A stretch of 64,000 nucleotides of DNA from Octopus vulgaris (lineage: Eukaryota): the NCBI GenBank assembly GCA_951406725.2, contig OX597833.1:48236001-48300000 (forward strand), in the 5' to 3' direction. The notes under the pieces were generated by a model. That model saw only the letters and a list, made by a program, of their open reading frames with translations. It was not told where the DNA came from and did not search any database. The translations under genes and the position numbers were made by a program. This document shows, in pieces, positions 52,427 to 64,000 of this stretch. Position 1 is the first letter of the stretch. Each line of letters begins with the position of its first letter.

Positions 52427-52586
52427 GTAACATTTTGAAGACAGTTATATGTTATATTTCAGATAGCGTAGATCTAGAAGATCCACCTCACACCAATCGA
52501 CTTTTGGTGGCAAAAACCAACCATTTCAACATACATTTACAGTGAATTTTCTGGGCATTCTAAACACTTTTTGATGATCTGTTTTG

Positions 52587-53044
52587 GGATCTTTTCGGTT
52601 TGGCCGGCAGTTTTTTAAAAATAACTTCCACGTAACTAAACACTTTTAAACTTCGTATACTGGTAGAATGTGTTTATAAAACATATTTTTCTCTTGTCTT
52701 TATTGAGAAAATTCTATAGTTTGTAAGATATTTGTTGTTGTATTTTTCTTCAATTTCTGCAATTTCAACCAATCAATAACGTCTATTGAGGTAAAAAAAA
52801 AACATTCTGTGCCGTATGAATATGTCCCTCGTTTAAGAAACAGATTGGGTTTATTTACATTTCTGAAGAAAATAAGATACCCCCCAACCCTAACCCTAAC
52901 CCTAACTAATCCTAACCCTAACCCTAACTAACCCTAACTCTAAAACAGATTGAAATGCAATAGATCGATACTAGGGTCATAATTATGGGTGACAATTTCA
53001 CATGACACCGCTAGAAAAAACTGTCGTTCAAACCGAAAAGATCC
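52587..53044. mobile_element. Merlin-like MITE with CCCTAA repeats
   Basis: TIRs present; TSD CTGTTTTG. Confidence 0.88.
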
Positions 53045-53499
53045 CTGTTTTGTTTAAACTTTCACGATAATGGCTTATATACAGACGAATGATCTGGCCA
53101 AACTTGACTGACGGAAGCCTACTGAAAACAGAACATAATATAACCCACATCCTAACCACGAAATCAGAGATAAAATGCATGTAACTTTCATAAGTCTGGA
53201 GAATTGTCTGAAATTTAAGCATGGCTGCGTGTGAAGGCAAATGCAGAAGGTTGCGTTTGAAAGAAAGCTGCGAAAGGCAGGGTATTGCTTGGCTGGTAAT
53301 TTCATGATGCTTTATAGCGTATCTTTTGCTTGTTTCAGTCATTAGACTGTAGCCATGCTGGGGCAACACCTGGAGGAAATCTAGTGGAATGAATCGGTCC
53401 CAGTACCTTTTTAAGCCTGGTATTTATTCTGTCGGGTATTTTTGCCGAACCGCTAAGTTACGGAGACATAAACACACCGACACCGAGTGCCAATATATA

Positions 53500-53884
53500 T
53501 CTCTCTATATATAAACGGCAGTTTGTCTGTGCGTGTTTCTGTGTGTCTGTCAGGTTGTACCCTCACCCTAACCACGGCTTTCAACCGATTCTGATGAAAC
53601 TTGACACACACATAGCCCAATGTCATAATTCAAAACTAACGCAGCGAAAATTTTGAAAAGTTCCCCCCAGTTCTGAAAAAAATCGATAAATTCGACATGA
53701 GGTCGTGAATCAGAAACACAAACCACAGACTGTTATGGGGACGCAACTCGACCTTTTTTAACTCTCAAAAAAAATTTACCATCATTTTTTTCCATTTTTT
53801 TGCTATTTTTTGGCTATAACTCTCTAAAAATGCTTTATAGTTATTTCCCTTACAAACCTGAGCAACGCCGGGCGATAATGCTAG
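53500..53884 (+). mobile_element. Non-autonomous Helitron
   Basis: A|TC start, CCTGAGCAACGCCGGG hairpin, CTAG|T end. Confidence 0.8.
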
Positions 53885-53894
53885 TATATTATAA

Positions 53895-53958
<64 letters not shown>

Positions 53959-54366
53959 CATGTAATATTGTATGTACTACATTTATACATCGCCTACAGA
54001 ATATACAAATTGTAAATTGAATTCTCTCTTTTCAAATAACAGTGTTGACGATGATGATGATTATGATGATGATAAAGATGATGATGATGACGACGGCGAT
54101 GATGGTGATGATTATGATGATGACGTGGTGGTGGTGGTGATAGGGACGATATTTGTAGTGATTGTGGGGGTGTAGTCGATGACGAGTGTAAAAGAAGTAA
54201 TGTTGTTGTTGTTGTTGTGTAGTCTCTTGGTCAAAACCACATTATCCATATGATAGGTTAAGGCAGGGGTGATTTGAGGACTACTCGGCTGCCATTTCTA
54301 GTAGGCTGAACGGCCACATAGGGGACGGTGGCCATAGTTATTCGTCGTGGTCATGGTGGTAGTTAG

Positions 54367-55324
54367 GGATCTTTTCGGTTTGAACGGCAGTTTTTTCTAG
54401 CGGTGTCATATGAAATTGTCACCCATAATTATGACCCTAGTATCGATATATTGCATTTCAATCTGTTTTAGGGTTAGGGTTAGTTAGGGTTAGGGTTGGG
54501 GTTAGTTAGGGTAAGGGTTAGGGTCAGGTGTGGGAGGAAGGGTACCTTTTTTTCTTCAGAAATGTAAATAAACCCAATCTGTTTCTTAAACGAGGGACAT
54601 ATTCATACGGCACAGAATGTTATTTACCTCAATTAGACGTCATTGATTGGTTGAAATTGCAGAAATTGAAGAAAAAAAAACAACAAATATCTTACAAACT
54701 ATAGAATCTTCTCAATAAAGCCAAGAGAAAAAGATGTTTTATAAACACATTCTACCAGTATACGAAGTTTAAAAGTGTTGGCAATCTTTCGTCTCTAGTA
54801 GACCTTTCCGTCGATTTCCGTAAAAAAAATTTTTTTTTTTTACATATGGGCTTGCGGGAACTTTTGAAGTAATGAGAGCGAAAGAGACTAAGAGAAAGCG
54901 ATTGTATGACGAGGGAAGTTCTTTTGAAGTTACCGTGCATGGGAGCATTGATGGACGTGTGTGTGTGCGTGCGTGTGTGTGTGCGTGCGTGTGTGTGTGC
55001 GTGCGTGTGTGTGTGCGTGCGTGTGTGTGTGTGTGTTTGATGGGGTGTGGGAGACAGACAGTATGTTGTGTAAGTGAAGTGCTTCTTTTAGTGTGTGTGA
55101 AGAGACAGAGTAATGTGTGAAAGAAAGAGATAACTGAAATTTTTTACTCGGTGTATGTGTATATGTATGTATATTACTTCAAAAGTTCCCGCAAGCCCAT
55201 ATGTAAAAAAAAAAAAAAAATTTACGGAAATCGACGGAAAGGTCTACTAGAGACGAAAGATCGCCAAAGTGTTTAGTTACGTGGAAATTATTTTAAGAAA
55301 CTGTCGGTCGAACAGAAAAGATCC
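54367..55324. mobile_element. Merlin-like MITE with TTAGGG repeats, carrying a nested MITE
   Basis: TSD GTAGTTAG; (TTAGGG)n at ~54468-54523. Confidence 0.88.
54780..55265. mobile_element. Second GG-terminal MITE family (~92-bp TIRs) nested in the previous element
   Basis: GGC(A/G)ATCTTTCGTCTCTAGTAGACC.. TIRs; 8-bp TSD AAAGTGTT. Confidence 0.85.
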
Positions 55325-55683
55325 GTAGTTAGTAGTAGTAGTAGTGATAGAATCCGTCGGTGGAGTCGTGGTGCGGCGACGGCGGTTATAGTTTTTAGAG
55401 GTGGCGGAGAAGGCGATGGTGTTGACTTTCGTAGCCATGACATCTCACACCACTCGTCATATTCTCCTGTTTACACAAGCCACAGGTTGTTCATACAAGG
55501 ACGTCAAACGTAACCGCACTCATAAAAACACACACATGCACACACACAGAGAGGCATATAGGCAAACTCTCTCTCATACACACACACATACATTAAATCT
55601 AGGTTTAAATTGTCCTAAGATACATAAATTGTAACTGTAGCTGATTCATCGACACTCACTATTGTCTATAAATTGCTTCTTAC

Positions 55684-55755
55684 CTTATTAAGCGCTATAA
55701 CCGGTTTTCTAAACCAGAAATGAACGCCGTGATTTCTACTAGCATGCTTGTCCAT
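55684..55755 (-). CDS. Candidate upstream first exon of the PDZ gene (MDKHASRNHGVHFWFRKPVIALNK) or a 5'UTR exon
   Basis: Island of unique sequence with a strong AAG/GTAAGA donor at 55683. ATG to donor is 72 nt, phase 0, compatible with the acceptor at 43869. No homology support. Confidence 0.3.
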
Positions 55756-55959
55756 TCAAAAGTTTAAGACGTCTGCTTAAAATATCCATAACTGTGAATG
55801 GTGTGAACGGAATGAATAGTTGGTGATAATAATTATAGACTGGGTTGTTGCAATGTAATCTAGACAGACTGGAAGACGTGGCTGATTGAAAGTTGAAGTT
55901 TTAATACCCTTGATAGCTTGGATGTTGGTTGATGGCGATGTCCAATGACAGGGCCATAA

Positions 55960-56480
55960 GAGAAGAGGGCAAGAGAGAGATAGAGAGAGATGGGGGAGAG
56001 ATGCTGTGGGATGGCAAAAGATTAGAGGGCCAAAAACAAATAGGGAGAGAGAGAGAGTGGGGAGAGAAAGAAGGAAAAAAGAGGAAGAGAGAAAGTTGGA
56101 GAAGAAAAGAGGGAAATAAAGAGAGACAGAGAAAGAGGTAAAGTGGTGAAGCCGTAGTGGGCAAATAGGAAGCAGGGAGAAAGTGAAAGAGGAAAATTGA
56201 GAGAGAAAGAGAGAGACAGACAGACAGACAGACAGAAGGAGAGAGAGAGAGAGAGAGGGAAAGAAAGAGAGAGAGATGCTATGGGATGGCTACAGAGTAG
56301 AGGGGGTGAAAGAAAATGGGGGAGAGTGAAAGAGGGAGAACAGAAGAGAGAAAGAGAGACGAAGAGGGAGAGAGAAATCGTCTGAAATGGTGTGGCAGCA
56401 GAGGGCCAAAAGAAAATCGGGATAGAGTGCAAGAGAGAGTGAAAGGAAAAGACGAGAGAGGAGGAGGAGAAGGAGAGACA
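55960..56480. repeat. GA-rich low-complexity tract
   Basis: Seen directly. Confidence 0.85.
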
Positions 56481-57822
56481 GATGGGTTGTGGGGCAGCAA
56501 AACGTCAGAAAACCGGTATATATCCCCCCGGTATTTCGTAATTCCCCCTCTACGTCGTGTGTTCAAAATCTTGGCATTTTTTGGAGTGGCGAGAGGTCTT
56601 TCAGGATCGATACTCTTACTCTTTTACTCTTTTACTTGTTTCAGTCATTTGACTGCGGCTATGCTGGAGCACCGCCTTTAGTCGATCGAGCAAATCGACC
56701 CCAGGACTTATTCTCTGTAAGCCTAGTACTTATTCTATCGGTCTCTTTTGTCGAACTGCTAAGTTACGGGACGTAAACACACCACCATCGGTTGTCAAGC
56801 GATGTTGGGAGGGGGGGACAAACACAGACACACAAACATATACACACATACATATATATATATATATACGACGGGCTTCTTTCAGTTTCCGTCTACCAAA
56901 TACACTCACATGGCTTTGGTCGGTCTGAGGCTATAGTAGAAGACACTTGGCCAAGATGCCACGTAGTAGAACAGGAAAATGCATACAAAAGATTATGTCA
57001 AATTCGCGAATAAGGAATACGAAATTTTATGATAAATATGTACCACTGAGTAAATCTCATGCAGCATCCCTCTAGCGGACACTTAATACAAGGGTGATAA
57101 TCATTTTTCCATAGTAGTTGGCGGGATTAGAAGTTTTAATTTGAAGCTAAGGAATAAGGGAAAAAATGCCTAGAGTACACATATTTATTTTTTACCTTTT
57201 TGCTTACTTAAAACTAAGTTCTTAAAATTTCTAGTCAATGATAATCATATATAGTACTATTTCATTCTTTTTAGAAACCATCAGCATCATATAACCTGAG
57301 ATATATAAATTAAGCATTTCGTAGAGCGAGAATTTTCTTATAAATAGAAATTAATTTGCCTGGAGAAAAAAGGGATATGTTTTATGCCAAATAATGGTTT
57401 CAAATTTCGGCACAACGCCTGCAACTTTGCGGGGAATTGATTACATCAACTTCTGTTTCAAATTGGGGAACTTATTTTATCGACATTGAAAAGGATGAAA
57501 GGCAAAGTCGAGTTCGACAGAATTTGAAGTGCGAACGTAAAGCCGCAAGAAAATGCCGCTCTGTATTTTGTCCGACGCGCTCACGTTTTTGCAAGCTGGC
57601 CGTGTTTTGCACGCCAGACAATGTCATATCATACAATTTACGCTAAACAATGTCATGACCTCACATTTTCCCTCCACCTCCTCACCGCTCCACCGAACAC
57701 CTGCCCTCCATCGTTTCTCTCATTTATTGTCTCTATTAAAAATTTTTTCGAACTTGAATTACAAAACTTTGTCTAAATTGTTCAGAATTTCTGTAATGTC
57801 TCCAAATTTTGTAGCCTTAGAC

Positions 57823-58023
57823 CAGTGCTTTTCAAACTTTTTGCTGGAGCGGAACCCCAAGGAAACATTCCACTGGCTCGAGGAACCCCTGTGCAATAAT
57901 TTAATAGTCTTATGCACACATATCTGCACAGGAGAATTAAGAATTACTGCCGATTTTAGCAGTTTCGTAACTTCTTGAGGAACCCCTGGACTGTACTGGC
58001 GGAACCCTGGTTGAAAACCACTG
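57823..58023. mobile_element. hAT (Charlie-like) MITE
   Basis: CAGTG(C/G)TTTTCAA TIRs; 8-bp TSD CCTTAGAC; GGAACCC subterminal repeats. Confidence 0.85.
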
Positions 58024-58883
58024 CCTTAGACTAATATTTTACATAAAGTGGTAGTGGTGGAGGTGGTGATAGTGGTGATGGTGGTGGTGGTGATGGTGGT
58101 GGTGGTGGTGGTGGCGGTGGTGGATGTGGTTGTGGTGGGTCCAGTGGCGTAACTAGAATGTGTACGGTCTGGGGCAGCTCCTGACTTTGCTAGCCAGCCA
58201 TACTCCAGATCCCAAAAGTGCCGCACCCATAAAAAAGCATCGATCGAGACGGACTGTCACCTTGACCCTCCCCTTCTCTCACTTCTCCTCACCCTCCACT
58301 CAAGATACATTACTGGGTGGGTGGGTGGACTGTGGAGATTGAAAAGAGGGTGGGAAAATTGCCATGTTTAATAAACTGACAATGGTTTCCAACTTGTTAA
58401 ACTTGTAAAACACCAGGATGAAGAATGAAAAAAATACAAGGACGCAAACTCTATTTCATTTCCCTACTCTTATTAAACAGGACAGACAAGAGAAGGCAGA
58501 GCACATGGCTGGTATTTTCACTCTCTCTTTACTCTCTTTTACTTGTTTCAGTCATTTGACTGCGGCCATGCTGGAGCACCGCCTTTAGTCGAGCAAATCG
58601 ACCCCGGGACTTATTCTTTTATAAGCCCAGTGCTTATTCTATCGGTCTCCTTTTGCCGAACCACTAATTTACTGGGACGCAAATACACCAGCATCGGTTG
58701 TCAAGCGATGTTGGGGAGACAAACACAGGCACAGAAACATACACACACACATATATATACATATATACGACGGGCTTCTTTCAGTTTGCGTTTACCAAAT
58801 CCACTCACAAGGCTTTGGTCGGCCCAAGGCTATAGTAGAAGACACTTCCCCAAGGTGTCACGCAGTGGGACTGAACACGCACG

Positions 58884-58937
<54 letters not shown>

Positions 58938-59642
58938 TACATATATACGACGGGCTTCTTTCAGTTTCCGTCTTCCAAATCTACTCACAAGGCTTTGGTC
59001 GGCCCGAAGCTATAGTAGAAGACACTTGCCCAAGGTGTCCAATATGTTATGGAAAACTTTGAATCATTAATAACATCCAATATACTTGGTTAAATTCTCT
59101 GTATAAATAAGTAGATTCTCTTATTCTGTTCTCAGTGAAGGTGTATGGCGTTAGTGGTCTACACATTTGTAGCTTCCACTCTTCCTGCCACTCATTGTCT
59201 CACATTGATATCAGCAGCAATGATTCCTCGTCACTCTGGCACAAAGTCTTTCTCCCCCCTCATCACTCCTCCCCTTCCTTTTCCATCGCTCAACGAATTC
59301 TTCCACCCACTAAATTCTTCGACCAAAATTTCTTCTTGCATCGAGAACAACCTACTTTACGTCACCCCTCTCATAAGTCATTGTCCTCAAAGAATTCAAG
59401 GCTCACAGTTCTTTTTTGGTTCTCATTCTTAACTTATACTGATGCCGACAGTGCAGAAACTAAATTTTTCACAACCTTTAATTTTCTTCACCAGTTAATT
59501 TTATTCTCGACACGCATCCTAAACTAGTGGTTCTCAACCATTTTTTTTTTTACTTTGAACCATTTTGATTTCTGTTTTACTCTCTAGAACCTCCATAGCC
59601 ATTAGATGCATATCTATAAAATATCCTACTGTATTTTTATAA

Positions 59643-59989
59643 CTAGCAGTATAGCCCAGCGTTGCTCGGGTTTGTTTCTTTTCGACCCTTTAGAATTGGA
59701 ATTTTTGAAAAGTATGTAGCTTGTTATTCTCTTTAAGTGAACAATTTTCTGGTTGAAATTCACCGAAAACTGGCGACACAGCAGTCAAAAATATCGTAAA
59801 AAATAGGGATTTTCATAGAAAAAAAGCACCATTTTGATGTAAATAATTTTTGGTGTTAACATGGTCCGATTTGAATTTTTTCTTCTACGGAATGAAGAGC
59901 AAGTTTTCTCCTATCATACTCTCAATTTTGGTCAACTTGCGCCGCAGGGTCTCGGAGGAGATAGTGTTAGTTGAAGGCTACCAAAACTG

Positions 59990-60027
<38 letters not shown>

Positions 60028-60054
60028 ACACAACTTCAGCTTTAAATATATAGA
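59643..60054 (-). mobile_element. Non-autonomous Helitron
   Basis: Same CTAG/hairpin end as 27434; TC start. Confidence 0.78.
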
Positions 60055-60870
60055 TTAAATATTATTAGGAATTGTATAAAAAAAATAAAATACTTTGTGT
60101 ATTGTACCAGTATAAACAATTTATTGCATGTAAACTTGAACAACAAAACCTTATTAATAATCAGGATCCATATCGCTCTCGAACCCATATGGCCCTTTTA
60201 CTCATATGGACGCTGGTTGGGAACAGCTGTCCTAGACCAACACACAGACACTCAAAACACTTTGATCTGTCTCTTATCTCTAAACCCAACATATGCCGTA
60301 CCATCATCACCTTATCGCAACTATCCGCCACACAACTACAATCAATAGAATGCTCTTGTCTTCCGGACTCTGGAGTACTTCTAATTAGTTGACTTTTCAG
60401 AGAGGACTGCCAGGTGTATGTTTACTATTCCTGGCAGTATACGTATTTCTCCTTGACCCATTAAAAGCAGCAGGCAATTAACTGAAATTAACCTATTATG
60501 TTCCCCTTCCACGCCGCACACTTACTTGTACTTGTACTTGTGGCGACATTCACCCTGGGCGGGTTGAGTCGGCTTCTTCTGGAAGAAGTTTCGTGGGAAT
60601 ATGTGGATTTTACAAGCGGTCCCCAACAATCTCGCATATAGAGACATCTTGTTTGCCGCAGATTGTCAGGAGACGCAAGAACAGAACGACCGAGGAGCCA
60701 CCGGTTGCTGGAGCAGACACTCCGAGGATTTTGACCAGAGCCCCGTCTGCCGGGTTGTCGCCCTAATACCACTCGGTGTCAGACCAATCCGCCTTGGTTG
60801 GCCCTACCAGGAACCGAAGTTCCCGACGGCATACCTCTGACACTACCCGTTGTCAGCGTCCCCACCACGG

Positions 60871-60946
60871 TGAGGAGGGGATGGACTTTGGGAACACTGA
60901 GGAGGGGATAGACTTTGGGAACACTGAGGAGGGGATGGACTTTGTG
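60871..60946 (+). repeat. 27-bp minisatellite (GAGGAGGGGATGGACTTTGGGAACACT), ~2.7 copies
   Basis: Seen directly. Confidence 0.85.
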
Positions 60947-63119
60947 GACGCCGCACACACTACCAAATCTCTCTGCACCAAGTCAGCAGTTCTTTTTAGA
61001 AGAATATGGCTTATAACATTTGGGGAAAATCATCCACCTCAACAAAAATGGACGGCTTTTACTCAGTACTGCAGCCCCTGCAAGACCATTATTCAAACTG
61101 GGAAGGATGCCCCTGTGTATTGCACAGCCCTTAATTACTTCCAGCTCTCAGTCTGCGGCCAATCCTTTTGATCCTTTGCATAATTGATCTGAACCAACTT
61201 TGCAAAAACTTCCTTTCTTCAACTTCTCATCTATGATGGTTTTCTAAGCAATACTTCCTCAAGCTTTTGCATCCAACTCCACACTGCAACTCTAAATGAA
61301 TCTACTCCCAAAACTATTCATTTCCGCTATACAAGGCACACCACCGCAAATGCATATACTCTAAGTGCAAAAGCTTCTGCGGTTGTCTAAACCAACAAGA
61401 GGGCTGTAGTCTGATTAACGAATTGCTGGTGTCACGTAAAATGCACCCAATATAGAGTGGTTGGCGTTAGGAAGGGCATCGAGTGTAGAAACCATGCCAA
61501 AACAGACTGTAGGACCTGGTGGGCCTCTGGCCTTGCCAGAACCTGTCAAGCCGTCCAACCCATGCCAGTATGGAAAACAGATATTAAATGATGATGATGA
61601 TGATGCAAGAATTGTGTTGGTAAAATATACAAGGTAGATAGACCTGAAGTAGAGAGGTCGAAAATGATGATGAAAGAACTTTGACAAACCTAGCTGATTG
61701 ATTGATTGATTGATTGACCGAACGATTAATCAAGCAATTGATTAATTAATTGGTTAAACGTTAACAAATTGACTTATACTCTAATAATTTACAAGAAAAA
61801 ATAAGAAAAAAATAGAGATAAATATTATTCACGTTGCTCTTGCCAAATGCTAGAATAATGTTGAATGTATTGATCCAATGAAACAGAGGATCCTATTGGC
61901 TGAAACAAAGAAAATCAAACAGTTCTATCATAACCAGCACAGAATACACATAAATATTTATGTCGTCGTCGGAGTGAACACAAGGATGAGGAATAGTATT
62001 GCTCAAATATATATTTGGATATGAAGGCGGCGAGCTGGTAGAAACGTTAGCACGCCGGGCGAAATGCGTAACTGTATTTCGGCTGCCGTTACGTTCTGAG
62101 TTCAAATTCCGCCGGGGTCAACTTTGCCTTTTATCCTTTCGGGGTCGATAAATTAAGTACCAGTTACGCACTGGGGTCGATATAATCGACTTAATCTCTT
62201 TGTCTGTCATTGTTTGTCCCTTCTGTGTTTAGCCCCTTGTGGGCAGTAAAAAAAAAAGGTATTTCGGCTGCCGTTACGTTGTGAGTTCAAATTCCGCTGA
62301 GGTCGACTTTGTCTTTCATCCTTTCGGGGTCGATAAATTAAGTACCAGTTTCGCACTGGCTCGATGTAATCGACTTAATCTCTTTGTCTGTCCTTGTTTG
62401 TCCCCTCTATGTTTAGCCCCTTGTGGGTAGTAAAGAAATATATTTGGACATGGTTATCCAAATATATACGTGTGTGTGTATGTCTTATAATGTGGATCCT
62501 CGTCTACTTGTATGTCCTTGTCGGCACTGTAATATTCTTGTCGCCACTATTATGTTGTGGCGATATTCCGAGTCTTATTCTCTTTGACTCGTCTATCGTG
62601 CTATGGCTGATAGCTCCGCAAGACAATGACTTTGAAGTGTCAACCTTGACGTAACTCGAACTCGTATATATATATCACGTAACTGGCACTGACTGCAACT
62701 GAGAAACTCGTACGACGACTCTACTACTACTGACTGACTGAACCGACTTTATAGTGGTTGCCACGTGTGGGAAGGGGTGTACCATTTCACAACAACAGAA
62801 TGTGTGTGTGTGTGTGTGTGTGTGTGTATAGGGGGGGTGTTTGTGTTTGTCTGCCCGCACTGCTTGATAACCTATTTCTTTACTACCCACAAGGGGCTAA
62901 ACACAGAGGGGGCAAACAAGGACAGACAAACGGATTAAGCCGATTACATCGATCCCAGTGCGTAACTGGTACTTAATTTATCGACCCCGAAAGGATGAAA
63001 GGCAAAGTCGACCTCGGCGGAATTTGAACTCAGAACGTAACGGCAGACGGGTGTGGGATTATTATCTCCGAAACTTAGCAGTTCGGCAAAAGAATGCGAT
63101 AGAACAAGTACCAGACATA

Positions 63120-63364
63120 ATTGTGGAAAGGTTAAGCTCCCTGCAATCCCTCAACCTCCAGAGCCATTGAAGAACCTGTTGTCATCAACTGACCAAGATT
63201 CCAAGCACTTCCAAAACAAAAGTAGGCAATACAACACTGTACTACAGGTAATATCATCTGGAACTACAAGAGATTTAACTGAGCCAGGATTCATGCAAAC
63301 TTTCAAGATCCAAGGTCAGATTTATCATCGGATTGGCTCTCTACTACCTCTGTCAAATGAATAA
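63120..63364 (+). pseudogene. Helitron Rep/helicase N-terminal fragment
   Basis: CGKVKLPAIPQPPEPLKNLL..SKHF..RQYN..FMQTFKIQGQIYHRIGSLLP matches the conserved Helitron RepHel N-terminal motifs. Confidence 0.85.
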
Positions 63365-63606
63365 TCAAAATCAGCTTTTCGTTGTTTATAATCTGCACCT
63401 GTTTTTTTGGTTACGAATTAAGCTACTCAAAACGTTTTTGAATTACGTGTATTTACTTTATGTACATAGCTTGCTTACCAACCACATGGTTCCGGGTTCA
63501 GTCCCACTGCGTGGCATGTTGGGCAAGTGTCTTCTACTATAGCCTCGGGCCGACCAAAGCCTTGTGAGTGGATTTGGTAGACGGAAACTGAAAGAAGCCC
63601 GTCGTA

Positions 63607-63673
<67 letters not shown>

Positions 63674-64000
63674 TTGTGTGTCCCCCTAGCATTGCTTGAC
63701 AACTGATGCTGGTGTGTTTACGTCGCCGTCACTTAGAGGTGGTTCGGCAAAAGAGACCGATAGAATAAGTACTGGGCTTACAAAGAATAAGTCCTGGGGT
63801 CGATTTTCTCGACTAAAAGGTGGTGCTCCAGCATGGAAGCAGTCAAATGACTGAAACAAGTAGAAGAGTAAAAGAGTATATATGAAGTGAAAACTTTCTT
63901 TTAACATTTCACTTAACGTCTATATTCCATGCTGGCATGGGTTGGAGAGTTATTAATGTAGAAAGTTGGTATCTCAGCTACTAGCAGTTAACAACGCTGA

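Noticed and set aside
58543-59070. 175-aa ORF and the many recurring short ORFs (..[11 protein letters not shown].., ..[14 protein letters not shown]..)
   Set aside because: These are translations of SINE A copies.

Overview
AT-rich, microsatellite-dense eukaryotic genomic DNA. The SINE repertoire and repeat landscape look like an octopus (coleoid cephalopod) genome; this is inferred, not verified. One host gene can be built on the minus strand from six phase-compatible GT-AG exons (43869-42970, 21285-21162, 19772-19667, 17558-17462, 16149-16013, 12961-12451). It encodes an ~600-aa harmonin-N-like domain + PDZ + PDZ scaffold of the whirlin/PDZD7/harmonin family, with a possible extra 5' exon at 55755-55684. 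Almost everything else is transposon debris: three SINE families, a decayed Tc1, a mariner relic, Helitrons, CR1/RTE/R4-Dong-like LINE fragments, and hAT/piggyBac/Tc1-type MITEs. The most unusual signals are: (1) at least six loci carrying minimal type-I hammerhead ribozyme folds, including a Penelope GIY-YIG relic with its own hammerhead, a 355-bp retrozyme-like unit, and a TSD-bounded inverted dimer that joins a tRNA-like Pol III head, an (AAT)n spacer and a hammerhead; (2) eight copies of a Merlin-like MITE (GG termini, 8-bp TSD) carrying TTAGGG telomeric repeats; (3) a ~5.5-kb cluster of retroelements inserted into (AAT)n, including a non-coding ~550-bp partner; (4) many long intronic foldbacks. 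Most ORFs in the supplied track are microsatellite or SINE artefacts.
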